Assembly (NCBI GenBank): GCA_963169625.1
Contig: CAUJGL010000561.1
Location: 1 to 17,232, forward strand
Origin: Myxococcota bacterium
GTDB lineage: Bacteria; Myxococcota_A; Bradymonadia; UBA7976; UBA1532
Direction: 5' to 3'
Length of the DNA stretch: 17,232 nt
Positions 7,432-16,260 of this stretch are shown piece by piece; position 1 is the first letter of the stretch, and the number at the start of each line of letters is the position of its first letter. Made by a program: the position numbers and the translations under genes. The notes below the pieces were generated by a model. The model ran no database searches. It was not told where the DNA came from and saw only the letters and a list, made by a program, of their open reading frames with translations.

Positions 7432-9318
7432 TCAACGCCCGAGGCCCACCCACAGGCCGACGTCGAACTCGAACGCGAACGGGGCCCCCGGCACGAGCGC
7501 GGCGTCGGTCACGCGCAGCTGGCCGTCGCGGCAGTCGGCCAGGTAGGTCGCCGCGCCAGTCTCGACGTCGAAGACGTTGAGTGAACAGGCCGGCAACTGC
7601 GCGGCGTCGAGCTCGCCCGGCGTGATCTGTTCGCGGTCGAAGGCGAGGTACACGAACCAGAGCGCGCCGTCGGCCATCGAGAGGGGCACGAGCGCGATGG
7701 CCTGCCCGTTCTCGTCGAGCCCGGCGGCCCCGCCCACGGCACGGACGGCGAGCGGAACGTCGCGGTAGGTGCCCTCCAGACGCCCCGAGCCCGAACGGAA
7801 AGTGTCGTCCGTGGGCCACGAGGCCCAGGTCGTCTGACTCGCCCCGTGCAGCTCTCCGGCGGGCACCGTGCAGAACGACGGCCGCAGCGGATAGGGCCAG
7901 GGTACGTCGCCCCGGAGGAGCTCGGCCTCGAGCCGCCCGCGCTGCCCGGCCACCCAGGTGAGCAGTTCGGCGACGGCGCGGGTGTGATCGGCGCGTTGCT
8001 GGGGCGGCATGCGGGGTCCGACGAGGGCGGCCAGGCGGTCGAGTCGTGTGAGCAGCGCGTCCGTCGACCAGTGATCGACCACCATGCGGGCGAGCGTCGT
8101 CAGATACGCCCGTCGACCCTCGGGGTGCAGGTACAGACGGCGCGCGAGGATGCCCGTCGCCAGGACGGACGCGGGCGCGATCTGCCCCTCGAAGAAGACG
8201 CGGGGCGGTTGCAGCGCTCCGTCCGGCCCCCAGGGCAGGAACACGAGCCGGCCGCCCTGCGCGGGGTCCTCGTAGAGCCAGAAGTTGTTGGTGTTGCCCG
8301 CGTACCCGTCCCAGTGCGCGATCATCACCTCGGCCGCCCAGAATCGGTAGAACGCCGGCAGATCGAGCACCGCGCCGAGCGCGTCGAGCAGCGTCTCGTC
8401 GGGCGCCGCGGCGGCCGCGGTGACGGCGTCGAGGGGCGCCCGGTGGGGCACGTCCTCGTCCGTCTTCTGTTCGATGGTGCCCGACCACCCGGGCCGGAAA
8501 TCACTCAGCGCACCCTCGTACAGATGCCCCTCGTCGTCGCTGAAGTGCCGACGCAGGAACGGTTTGCGAATGCTCTCGACGTGCGCGTACAGGCCCAGAT
8601 CCTCGCCGTTCACCGTGACCTGCGCGAAATGACACCGCGGCGCGGGCACGCCCGCGTCGGCGAGGATGCTGTACGAGAGGCATGTCCGCAGCCGACTGGG
8701 ATCCTGCTTGCCGTTGTTGAGGGCGATGCGCGTCAGCGTCTCGTGGGCCTGCCCGTCGACGTTTCGGTCGAGGTCGAGCACGATCGACGGCCGCGACCGG
8801 CTCAGCGAGCCGAAGAAGCCCTTCTTGCGCACCCCGACGCGGGCATACGGTCGCCCGTCGAGGGTCGCGTCGCCCTCGAACCATGTGTAGGGCGACGGAA
8901 AGGGCGCGTCCATGCAGTCCGCCCCGCGGGTATCGAGATCCGTGCGGCCCTGTTGCCGTAGCGCCGCCCAGTCCGCGGGGGGCAGCGTCACCTCGACGGT
9001 CATCACATGGTCCCAGTCGAAGACGGCGTCGGTGGGGTCGGTGGGATCGACCGGCTCGACGGGCGGACCGGCGTCGGGCACCACGCGAGCGTCGGCGCCG
9101 GGTGCGTCGAGAGCATCGACAAACGCCACGCGCGCGTCGTTCGACCCGTCCGTTCCGGACGCCGGCGGGCCGCGGTCGATGGTGTCTTCCGGAACGGAGC
9201 GAGCGTCGTCGGGCCGCGCCGCGTCTGCACTTGTCGATGTGTCGCTCGAAGTCTCGGTGCAGGCCTGCATCCCCACGACGACGAACACACCCATCGCGCG
9301 CCGCAGGAGAGCGTTCAC
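7432..9318 (-). CDS. CotH-family protein (atypical kinase fold), secreted lipoprotein.
   Basis: 628 aa. The signal peptide MNALLRRAMGVFVVVGMQAC is followed by an Asp/Pro-rich linker. CotH-like motifs are present: 'VRKKGFFGS', 'NTNNFWLYED', 'LVFLPWGPDGAL'. The GTG start at 9318 overlaps the sthA stop (GTGA). Confidence 0.8.
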   Translation of the reverse strand: MNALLRRAMGVFVVVGMQACTETSSDTSTSADAARPDDARSVPEDTIDRGPPASGTDGSNDARVAFVDALDAPGADARVVPDAGPPVEPVDPTDPTDAVFDWDHVMTVEVTLPPADWAALRQQGRTDLDTRGADCMDAPFPSPYTWFEGDATLDGRPYARVGVRKKGFFGSLSRSRPSIVLDLDRNVDGQAHETLTRIALNNGKQDPSRLRTCLSYSILADAGVPAPRCHFAQVTVNGEDLGLYAHVESIRKPFLRRHFSDDEGHLYEGALSDFRPGWSGTIEQKTDEDVPHRAPLDAVTAAAAAPDETLLDALGAVLDLPAFYRFWAAEVMIAHWDGYAGNTNNFWLYEDPAQGGRLVFLPWGPDGALQPPRVFFEGQIAPASVLATGILARRLYLHPEGRRAYLTTLARMVVDHWSTDALLTRLDRLAALVGPRMPPQQRADHTRAVAELLTWVAGQRGRLEAELLRGDVPWPYPLRPSFCTVPAGELHGASQTTWASWPTDDTFRSGSGRLEGTYRDVPLAVRAVGGAAGLDENGQAIALVPLSMADGALWFVYLAFDREQITPGELDAAQLPACSLNVFDVETGAATYLADCRDGQLRVTDAALVPGAPFAFEFDVGLWVGLGR

Positions 9319-10733
9319 TTCGCCCCCCGCCGCGCGAGCCGCCCGAGGCCGTCGTAGGCGGCGTACTTGTAGAGCTCGCCCAGCGACGGGAAGTTGAAGA
9401 CCTGATGCACCAGCGTGTCGATGGTGCCGTCGAGGGCCATCACCGTCTGGCCGACGTGCACGAGCTCGGTGGCCCGCTCACCGATGATGTGAACGCCGAG
9501 CAAGCGCTTGTCCGCCACGCGGAAGACCACCTTCAGAAGCCCCTGCAGATCGCCCACGATCTGACCGCGGGCGTTGTCGCCGTAGGACGCCCGCCCGGTC
9601 TCGACCACCTCGCCGCGAGCCGTCGCCTGGGCCTCGGTCTCGCCGATGGTGGCCACCTCCGGGATGGTGTAGAGCCCATAGGGGAACAGCGGCGACACGG
9701 CGCTCTTGTACCCGAGTTCGAAGGCATGACACGCCGCGACGCGTCCCTGCTCCATCGCCACCGACGCCAGCGCCGGGAACCCGATGACGTCGCCCGCGGC
9801 GTAGATGCGCCCGCCGTGCGCGCTCTGCACGCGGTAGTTCGCGTCGACGCTCAGCAGGCCGCGCGGCCCGGCCGTGATCCCGGCGTTCTCCAGGGCGAGC
9901 CCCTCCACGTTGCCCGAGCGCCCGCCGGCGAAGAGCAGACGCTCGCACGGCAGCGCGCGCCCGTCCGCCAGCGTACAGACGAGCGTGCCGTCGCCATCGC
10001 GCCCGACGCGCACGACCTCGCGTTTCAGCAGAATTTCGCAGCCGAGCGCCTCGAGCGCGGTCGACAGCCGCGCGTTGATCTCCGGGTCCAGGAAGCCCAG
10101 GATCTGTTCGCGCCCCTCGACGAGGGTGACGCGCGTGCCGAGGGCGGCGAAGATCGAGGCGTACTCGCACCCGATCACGCCCCCGCCGAGCACCACCATC
10201 GCGCGCGGGATGCGGTCGAGGTTCAGGATGGTGTCCGAGCAGTCGATGCCCGGGTCGCCGAAGGGCACCCACGCCGGGCGGAACGGCCGCGTGCCCGTCG
10301 CAATCAGGATGGCGTCGGCCGTGACCGTGTAGGGCGCCCCCGCGCCCTCGGGCGGCGTGATGCGGACGGTGTGCGCGTCGACAAAATCGGCGTGGCCCCG
10401 AAGCTGCGTCACGCCGTGGCGCTCGAAGTTGCGCGCGATGCGGGCGGCTTCGTTGCCGAGGACGGCCGCTTGACGGCACATGAGATCGCTCACGGAGACA
10501 TCGCGCTGCAGGTGCACGTCGAGGCCGTACATCTCGCGCTGCCGGTGTCCGGAGAGGTAGAGGGCCGTCTCGCGCAGCGTCTTGCTCGGCAGCGTGCCCG
10601 TGTGGACGCACGCCCCGCCGTGCGCGGGCGCGCGCTCGACCACCGCCACGCGGCGCCCGAACCACGCCGCCTGCACGGCGCCCTTCTCGCCGGCGGGGCC
10701 GGAGCCGATGACCAACCAGTCGTAATCGTACAT
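9315..10733 (-). CDS. sthA: Soluble pyridine nucleotide transhydrogenase (Si-specific NAD(P)+ transhydrogenase).
   Basis: Trimmed to the ATG at 10733 ('MYDYDWLVIGSGPAGEKGA...'). It aligns along its full length with E. coli SthA: 'GGACVHTGTLPSK' has a single Cys and no redox disulfide, as in SthA; 'GDVIGFPALASVAMEQGRVAA' matches; the C-terminus 'NFPSLGELYKYAAYDGLGRLA' matches. 472 aa. Confidence 0.85.
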   Translation of the reverse strand: MYDYDWLVIGSGPAGEKGAVQAAWFGRRVAVVERAPAHGGACVHTGTLPSKTLRETALYLSGHRQREMYGLDVHLQRDVSVSDLMCRQAAVLGNEAARIARNFERHGVTQLRGHADFVDAHTVRITPPEGAGAPYTVTADAILIATGTRPFRPAWVPFGDPGIDCSDTILNLDRIPRAMVVLGGGVIGCEYASIFAALGTRVTLVEGREQILGFLDPEINARLSTALEALGCEILLKREVVRVGRDGDGTLVCTLADGRALPCERLLFAGGRSGNVEGLALENAGITAGPRGLLSVDANYRVQSAHGGRIYAAGDVIGFPALASVAMEQGRVAACHAFELGYKSAVSPLFPYGLYTIPEVATIGETEAQATARGEVVETGRASYGDNARGQIVGDLQGLLKVVFRVADKRLLGVHIIGERATELVHVGQTVMALDGTIDTLVHQVFNFPSLGELYKYAAYDGLGRLARRGAK

Positions 10734-10806
10734 GCGGGGGACTGTACCGACCCTCGTCGACGGACGCGAACGAAAGACCTTGGCAGACCTCGGCGCGCGT
10801 TTCACG
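10734..10806. promoter_or_regulatory. Divergent intergenic region between sthA (-) and the ECF sigma gene (+); presumably holds both promoters.
   Basis: A 73-bp gap separates two divergently oriented start codons. No motif is confidently identified. Confidence 0.4.
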
Positions 10807-11466
10807 ATGCGCGCGAACCACGCCGTGACCACCCGCCCGCCCAGTTCGACGCCCGACGACGACCTCGCGCTGCTCGCCCGCCTGCGCGGCGGCGATGCGC
10901 AGGCGTTCGCGACGCTCGTCGATCGCCACCACGGCCCGATGGTCCGCCTGGCACAGGTCTTCGTGCGCGATCGTGCCGCCGCCGAAGACGCCGTGCAGGA
11001 GACCTGGATCGGGGTCATCGCCGGTCTGCCGCGCTTCGAGCCCCGGGCGCGCCTCAAGACCTGGATCTACGGCATCCTGGTCAATCAGGCGCGCAGCCGC
11101 GCCCGCCGGGATGGCCGCGACGTGCCGTTCTCGGCGCTCGTCGAGGCCGACGGGGACGTGGCCGCCGCCGTCGACGCGGCCCGTTTCAAGGCCGGCGGTC
11201 ACTGGGCCTCACCGCCCGCCGACTGGGTGCAGGACACGCCGGAGTCGCTGCTCGCCACCCGGGGCGCGGCCGAGGTCATCGGCGCGGCGATCGACGCGCT
11301 CCCGCCCGCGCAGCGCGCCGTGCTGACGCTGCGCGATCTCGAAGGCGCGACGAGCGAAGAAGTCTGTAACATTCTGGAAGTCTCCGAGATCAATCAGCGG
11401 GTGCTGCTGCACCGCGCGCGCACCCGGGTCCGGGCTGCGCTCGAACAGTTCCTCCAGAAGAAGTGA
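10807..11466 (+). CDS. ECF-type RNA polymerase sigma-70 factor.
   Basis: ATG at 10807. The sigma-2 region reads 'DLALLARLRGGDAQAFATLVDRHHGPMVRLAQVFVRDRAAAEDAVQETWI'. The sigma-4 HTH reads 'LPPAQRAVLTLRDLEGATSEEVCNILEVSEINQRVLLHRARTRVR'. 219 aa. Confidence 0.85.
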   Translation: MRANHAVTTRPPSSTPDDDLALLARLRGGDAQAFATLVDRHHGPMVRLAQVFVRDRAAAEDAVQETWIGVIAGLPRFEPRARLKTWIYGILVNQARSRARRDGRDVPFSALVEADGDVAAAVDAARFKAGGHWASPPADWVQDTPESLLATRGAAEVIGAAIDALPPAQRAVLTLRDLEGATSEEVCNILEVSEINQRVLLHRARTRVRAALEQFLQKK

Positions 11467-11470
11467 CGCC

Positions 11471-11764
11471 ATGCTGAGCTGCCGAGAACTCACCGAGATC
11501 GTGACCGACTACGCCGAAGGGCGCATGTCGTTCTGGCGGCGACTCGAGGTGCAGTTCCACCTGGGCATGTGCCACCCCTGCCGGGCCTACCTCCGCCAGA
11601 TGCGCCTCGCCGCTCAGACGGTCGGTCAGTTGCCGCCCGAGCCCATGCCGCCGGACATCAAGGCCGAGCTTCTGAAGCGCTTTGCCGCGCTCTCGGCCGC
11701 GGACGCCGCGCCACCGACGTCCGCGCCACCCGAAACGCAGACGAACCGCACGCCGAAATCCTGA
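11471..11764 (+). CDS. Zinc-finger (ZAS-type) anti-sigma factor.
   Basis: 97 aa, starting 4 nt after the sigma stop. The H-x3-C-x2-C motif 'HLGMCHPCRAY' is typical of ChrR/RsrA-type zinc anti-sigma domains. Pairing with the upstream ECF sigma gene fits the usual arrangement. Confidence 0.7.
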   Translation: MLSCRELTEIVTDYAEGRMSFWRRLEVQFHLGMCHPCRAYLRQMRLAAQTVGQLPPEPMPPDIKAELLKRFAALSAADAAPPTSAPPETQTNRTPKS

Positions 11765-11962
11765 TCCAGGCCGGACCGCGGGCGCTCGGGGCACGCTTCG
11801 AAATCGCCACCGAGGACGAAAAACGTCGCCCGCCCGAGAAGAGCGCGGGGTGATTTCGAGTACGGGCTCCTGAGGTCAGACCGAGCGCACCACCGGAGGG
11901 TCCGGCGGTCGCCAGGTTCCAATTGAGGGCCCGCTTCGAGGCGGCGCCCGAGGAGCAATGCC
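11765..11962 (+). promoter_or_regulatory. Upstream region of the S8 protease gene containing an 11-bp inverted repeat (tcgaaatcgcc ... ggtgatttcga) and the GAGGAG RBS.
   Basis: 'tcgaaatc' at 11798-11805 and its reverse complement 'gatttcga' at 11852-11859 are separated by 46 bp. The GAGGAG RBS is at ~11950-11955. Confidence 0.3.
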
Positions 11963-14900
11963 ATGAAGACGTGGAAAGGCGCCGCTGCGCTCGCAGCCGC
12001 CCTGTGTTCGACGAGTACACTCGTGTCCGTCCCATCGGGCGCGATGGCCCAGGCGGCCCCGGCCGCCATGGAGCGGGCCACCGTGGAGGCGGGTCTGCGC
12101 GAACGGCTCGGCGCGGGCAAGGGCGAGTTCTGGGTGCTGGTGCGGGGGCGCCCGGACCTCGCCGCGGCGCAGGCCGAGCGCACGCACGGCGGCCGCGTCC
12201 GGGCCGCACGCGACGCCCTGAGAGCGAACGCCGACCGGACGCAGGCGGGCGTCCGGGCCGCCTTGTTGCAGGCCCGGGCGCCGCACAAGAGCTTCTTCAT
12301 CAACAACGCCATCAAGGTCGAGGGCGACGCCGCGCTGCTCGACAAGCTCGCGCGCCGCGCCGACGTGGCGGCCATCGTGGCCGACCGCGTCCTCACCGTG
12401 CCGCGTCCGGTGGACCTCGGCAAGGTGGCCGCCAGTCCGGCCGAGTGGAACCTCGACCGGATCCGGGCGCCCGAGGCATGGAGCCAGTTCGGCCAGGGCG
12501 AAGGCATCGTGATCGGCAGCCTCGACACGGGGATCGACGTGAGTCACCCCGCGCTCTCCGGTCGTTTTCGCGGACACGACCCGGCCACGCCCGGCATGGG
12601 TTACAACTTCTTCGACCCCTCCGGCGCCTGCGGGGGCGCGCCGTGTGATACCGACATTCACGGCACGCACACGATGGGGACGATGGTGGGTGACGACGCG
12701 GGGGGCACTGCCATCGGCGTCGCGCCGGGCGCGAAGTTCATCGCGGCCGTGGCCTGCCCCTATGGCAGTTGTCCGTACGACGTGCTGCTCGCCGCGGGCG
12801 AGTGGATGCTCGCGCCCACGGACGAGAACGGGCTCAACCCCGATCCGGCCCGCGCGCCCCATGTGATCAACAACTCCTGGGGCGGCGGCGGCGGTGATCT
12901 CTTTTTCCAGGGCATCGTGCAGGCCTGGCGCGACGCCGGCATCTTCCCCGTGTTCTCCAACGGCAACAGCGGGCCGGGGTGCAGCACCGTCGGCTCGCCC
13001 GCGGACTACCCGGAATCCATCGGCGTCGGCGCGACGGACACCACCGACGCGCTGGCCTGGTTCTCGAGCATGGGTCCCTCGTCGATCGACGGCTCGCTGA
13101 AGCCCGACATCTCCGCCCCCGGACAGGATGTCTTGTCGTCCGTGCCCGGCGGTGGGTATTCGTGGCTGTCGGGCACCTCGATGGCGGCCCCCCACGTGAG
13201 CGGCGCGATCGCGCTCCTGTGGTCCGCCGCTCCGGGCCTGCAAGGCGACGTCGCCGGCACCGCCGCGCTGCTCGAGTCGACGGCCGCGGACCTGGCGCCG
13301 GTCTACGGCTGCGGGGGCGACGAGGCCGACAACAACGAGTTCGGCGAGGGCCGTCTGGACGTGCGCGCGGCGCTCGACGCGGCACCGACCACGGCGGGGC
13401 GCGTGTCGGGGCAGGTGACCGACCTCTCCGGCGCCGGCCTCGCCGGCGTGCAGCTCGTGGCCACGCGACGCGACGACGGCCACGTGCGCCGCGGCGTCAC
13501 GGACGGCGCCGGGGCCTTCTCGCTGCTGCTCGCGATCGACGAGGCCAACGCCGGTGAACCGGAGATCTACGACCTGTCCGCCACGGCCTACGGGTACCTC
13601 CCGGCCGCCGAGGCCGGCCTCGCCGTCGTCGAGGACGGCGAGGTCACGGTGCTGCTCGTGCTCGCCGACGCGCCGCGCCATACGTTGTCGGGCCTGGTCA
13701 CCGACGCGGGCGGCACGCCGCTCGGGGACATCGAGGTCAGCCTCGTGGGGGCACCCGTCCCGACCGTGCGAACGGACGCCACCGGCGGATTCAGCTTCCC
13801 GGACCTGCCCGCGGGAGACTACGTCGTCGCCGCCTCGGGCGGTGGATGTACCGACCGCGGTGAGCGCGCGGTCTCGCTCGCGGCCGACCTGGAGGTGGGG
13901 TTGCACCTCACGCAGCGCACCGACGCGTTCGGGCACACCTGCCGAACGGGCGGCGCCGTCGCCTGGATCGACGCGGACACGGATCTCGGCCTGTCCTCCC
14001 TGGACGACGCCGCCGTCACCGTCGAGCTGCCGTTCCCGGTGACGTTCTTCGACGGGACCTGCACGTTTGCGACCATCTCGACGAACGGCACGATCGGCCT
14101 GGACGCTTCGGGTGTCTTCAGCTTCGTCAACGGCCCGCTGCCGTCGCCCGAAGAGCCGAACAACGCCCTCTTCCCCTACTGGGACGACCTCGTGGCCAAC
14201 GGCGGCGTCTATTCGACGGTGGTGGGGGTCGAGGGCGACCGCGTCTTCGTCGTCGAATACCGCTCGATGGTGCTCTTCGGTCAGTCGGTCGACCCATTCG
14301 ACTTCCAGGTACAGATCCATGAGCACACGGGGCGGATCGACTTCCTCTACCGGGGGATCACGGAGACCACCAACGGGATCGGCGCCACCGTCGGCCTCGA
14401 GAACGCCGCCGGAGACGTCGGCTTCCAGTACTCGATGAACCAGCCGGTGCTGTTCGACGGGCTCGTCATCTCGTTCGCAAACCCGATGGGCGGCGAGATC
14501 GCCGGCGCCGTCGTCGACGGCGTGGACGGGCTGCCCGTGAGTGGCGCCATCGTCAGTGACGACGTGACCGGCCGGGCGAGCGTGACCGGTGTCGACGGCC
14601 GTTACAGCCTGACGCTGCCGGTCGGCTCGCACGCCCTCACCGTGTCCGCACCGGACTATGGCACGGAGAGCCTCGTCGCGATCATCGAGGAGAACGCAGT
14701 GGCTTCGGCGGACTTCGCGCTGCCTTCTTCGCGCGCCGTCCTCGAGACGCCCGAGATCTTCCTCAAGATTGCGCCCGGACAGCAGCGCACGCAGGTCGTC
14801 GCCATCGAGAACATCGGCGCGCTGTCGTTTGCCTTCGACTCCGCCGAGCGAGACGTGGCGCGCGTGCCCGCCCTCGCGCCGCGCGTGGCCCAAGCCGGAC

Positions 14901-16246
14901 ACGGCGATGCCGCGACGCCGCCCCCGCAGTACCAGCCCCGCTCGGCCGCCGCCGCGCAGGCCGGGGGCGACGCGCTGGTGCTCATGGACTACTACCCCTG
15001 GAACTCCGACCTCCACCTGCAGGTGTTCAACGCCAACGGCATCCGCGTCGACATCGCGGGCAGCGCCGAGCTCGCCGGCCTCGACCTGTCCACTTACGGC
15101 ATGGTCTACGTGGCCAACGACCAACCCCAGTTCTTCTATGACACGTTGGCCCAGGTCGCCCCCGTCTTCGACGCCTATGTCGCCGACGGCGGGTTTCTGC
15201 TCTACGGCGCGGCCTCCGTCGGCTGGAACGGGGGCGACGGCTCGGTCGTGCCGCTGCCGGGCGGGGTCGGCATCCTGACGTACCAGAGCTTCTCCGATGA
15301 CGTGCTCGCCAACGGCCACCCGACGATGCAGGGCGTCGCCGATCCCTTCGAGGCCGGCCCGGCGAGCACGGCGGGCTTCGATGGCCTGCCCGAAGGCGCC
15401 ACCGTGCTGACGATGGGCCTGGATCACGGCCTGCCCACGGGCGTCGAATACGACTACGGCGCCGGCCGTGTGCTGGCGCTCGGGCAGCCGATGGAGTTCA
15501 ACCAGGTTTCACCGTGGGAGCCCAACCGCATCCTGGAGAACGCCATCCCGTACGCCGCCGCGTTCGAGCCCTTCGTGGACGTACCCTGGCTCGCCCTCGA
15601 CCCCGCCCGCGGGACCGTCGAGGCGGGCGCCAGCACCGACCTGGCCATCACCGTCGACACGACGGGCATGTCTCCCGGCTTCTACCGCGCACGCATCGTT
15701 CTCGTGACCAATGACCCGCGCAATCCGAGACTGGAGATCCCGGTGACGCTGAACGTGCCCGCCTTCACGAAGGCGCTCAACCCGGGCGGCGGCCTGTACA
15801 CGGACGTCGTGGGTGACGTCTGGGAGGCAGACGCGCCGTACACGGTCGCTCGCGGCTTCGGCTACATCAACAAGAAGTCGACGTCGGTGGCGACGGCCCG
15901 CGCCATCGCCGGCACCGAGGACGACGCCCTGTACAAGAACCTGCGCCGCGATCCCACGGCGTACCGGTTCGACGGCCTGCCGAGCGGGACCTACGAGGTC
16001 GAGCTGCTGTTCGCCGAGATCGTCAACAAGCGGCCGGGCGCGCATCTCTTCGATGTCATCGCCGAAGACATCGTGCTCCTGCCCGCCCATGACATCGCGC
16101 TCGAGGTCGGCACGTTCACCGCGGAGCACCGGCGTTTCCTGGTGCCCGTCACCGACGGCCGGCTCGATGTCCGATTCGTCAACCGCGCCGGGGCGGGCAA
16201 AGCCGAGATCGGTGCCATCCGGGTGACCCAGCGCCCCGACCGCTGA
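11963..16246 (+). CDS. Secreted subtilisin-like (S8) serine protease with I9 propeptide, several CarbopepD_reg-like beta-sandwich repeats, an unassigned ~190-aa domain and a C-terminal malectin-like carbohydrate-binding domain.
   Basis: A strong RBS (GAGGAG) lies 7 nt before the ATG. Signal peptide MKTWKGAAALAAALCSTSTLVSVPSGAMA. The S8 catalytic triad is present: 'IGSLDTGIDVSHPAL' (Asp), 'HGTHTMGTMVG' (His), 'GTSMAAPHVSGAIALLW' (Ser). Repeats such as 'GRVSGQVTDLSGAGLAGVQLVATRRDDG...TDGAGAFSL' are CarbopepD_reg-like. The C-terminus 'YRFDGLPSGTYEVELLFAEI...HLFDVIAEDIVLL...DGRLDVRFV' is malectin-like. Confidence 0.9.
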   Translation: MKTWKGAAALAAALCSTSTLVSVPSGAMAQAAPAAMERATVEAGLRERLGAGKGEFWVLVRGRPDLAAAQAERTHGGRVRAARDALRANADRTQAGVRAALLQARAPHKSFFINNAIKVEGDAALLDKLARRADVAAIVADRVLTVPRPVDLGKVAASPAEWNLDRIRAPEAWSQFGQGEGIVIGSLDTGIDVSHPALSGRFRGHDPATPGMGYNFFDPSGACGGAPCDTDIHGTHTMGTMVGDDAGGTAIGVAPGAKFIAAVACPYGSCPYDVLLAAGEWMLAPTDENGLNPDPARAPHVINNSWGGGGGDLFFQGIVQAWRDAGIFPVFSNGNSGPGCSTVGSPADYPESIGVGATDTTDALAWFSSMGPSSIDGSLKPDISAPGQDVLSSVPGGGYSWLSGTSMAAPHVSGAIALLWSAAPGLQGDVAGTAALLESTAADLAPVYGCGGDEADNNEFGEGRLDVRAALDAAPTTAGRVSGQVTDLSGAGLAGVQLVATRRDDGHVRRGVTDGAGAFSLLLAIDEANAGEPEIYDLSATAYGYLPAAEAGLAVVEDGEVTVLLVLADAPRHTLSGLVTDAGGTPLGDIEVSLVGAPVPTVRTDATGGFSFPDLPAGDYVVAASGGGCTDRGERAVSLAADLEVGLHLTQRTDAFGHTCRTGGAVAWIDADTDLGLSSLDDAAVTVELPFPVTFFDGTCTFATISTNGTIGLDASGVFSFVNGPLPSPEEPNNALFPYWDDLVANGGVYSTVVGVEGDRVFVVEYRSMVLFGQSVDPFDFQVQIHEHTGRIDFLYRGITETTNGIGATVGLENAAGDVGFQYSMNQPVLFDGLVISFANPMGGEIAGAVVDGVDGLPVSGAIVSDDVTGRASVTGVDGRYSLTLPVGSHALTVSAPDYGTESLVAIIEENAVASADFALPSSRAVLETPEIFLKIAPGQQRTQVVAIENIGALSFAFDSAERDVARVPALAPRVAQAGHGDAATPPPQYQPRSAAAAQAGGDALVLMDYYPWNSDLHLQVFNANGIRVDIAGSAELAGLDLSTYGMVYVANDQPQFFYDTLAQVAPVFDAYVADGGFLLYGAASVGWNGGDGSVVPLPGGVGILTYQSFSDDVLANGHPTMQGVADPFEAGPASTAGFDGLPEGATVLTMGLDHGLPTGVEYDYGAGRVLALGQPMEFNQVSPWEPNRILENAIPYAAAFEPFVDVPWLALDPARGTVEAGASTDLAITVDTTGMSPGFYRARIVLVTNDPRNPRLEIPVTLNVPAFTKALNPGGGLYTDVVGDVWEADAPYTVARGFGYINKKSTSVATARAIAGTEDDALYKNLRRDPTAYRFDGLPSGTYEVELLFAEIVNKRPGAHLFDVIAEDIVLLPAHDIALEVGTFTAEHRRFLVPVTDGRLDVRFVNRAGAGKAEIGAIRVTQRPDR

Positions 16247-16260
16247 GGGGGCCCCGCCGG

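Noticed and set aside
7400-8488. Upper part of ORF 7145..8488 (-), 447 aa.
   Set aside because: Only the C-terminal 84 aa (7145-7399) form a coherent RHH antitoxin. The rest overlaps the CotH gene in another frame and is Arg/Gly-rich.
7846-11369. Long ORFs 7846..8961 (+), 8883..11369 (+) and 9478..11202 (-).
   Set aside because: They are antisense to, or frame-shifted relative to, CotH and sthA, which have strong homology. The translations are Arg/Pro/Gly low-complexity.
11876-15427. 1183-aa minus-strand ORF opposite the S8 protease gene.
   Set aside because: It is antisense to a gene with unambiguous S8 catalytic motifs and has Arg/Gly/Val-rich composition. It is a GC-driven open frame.
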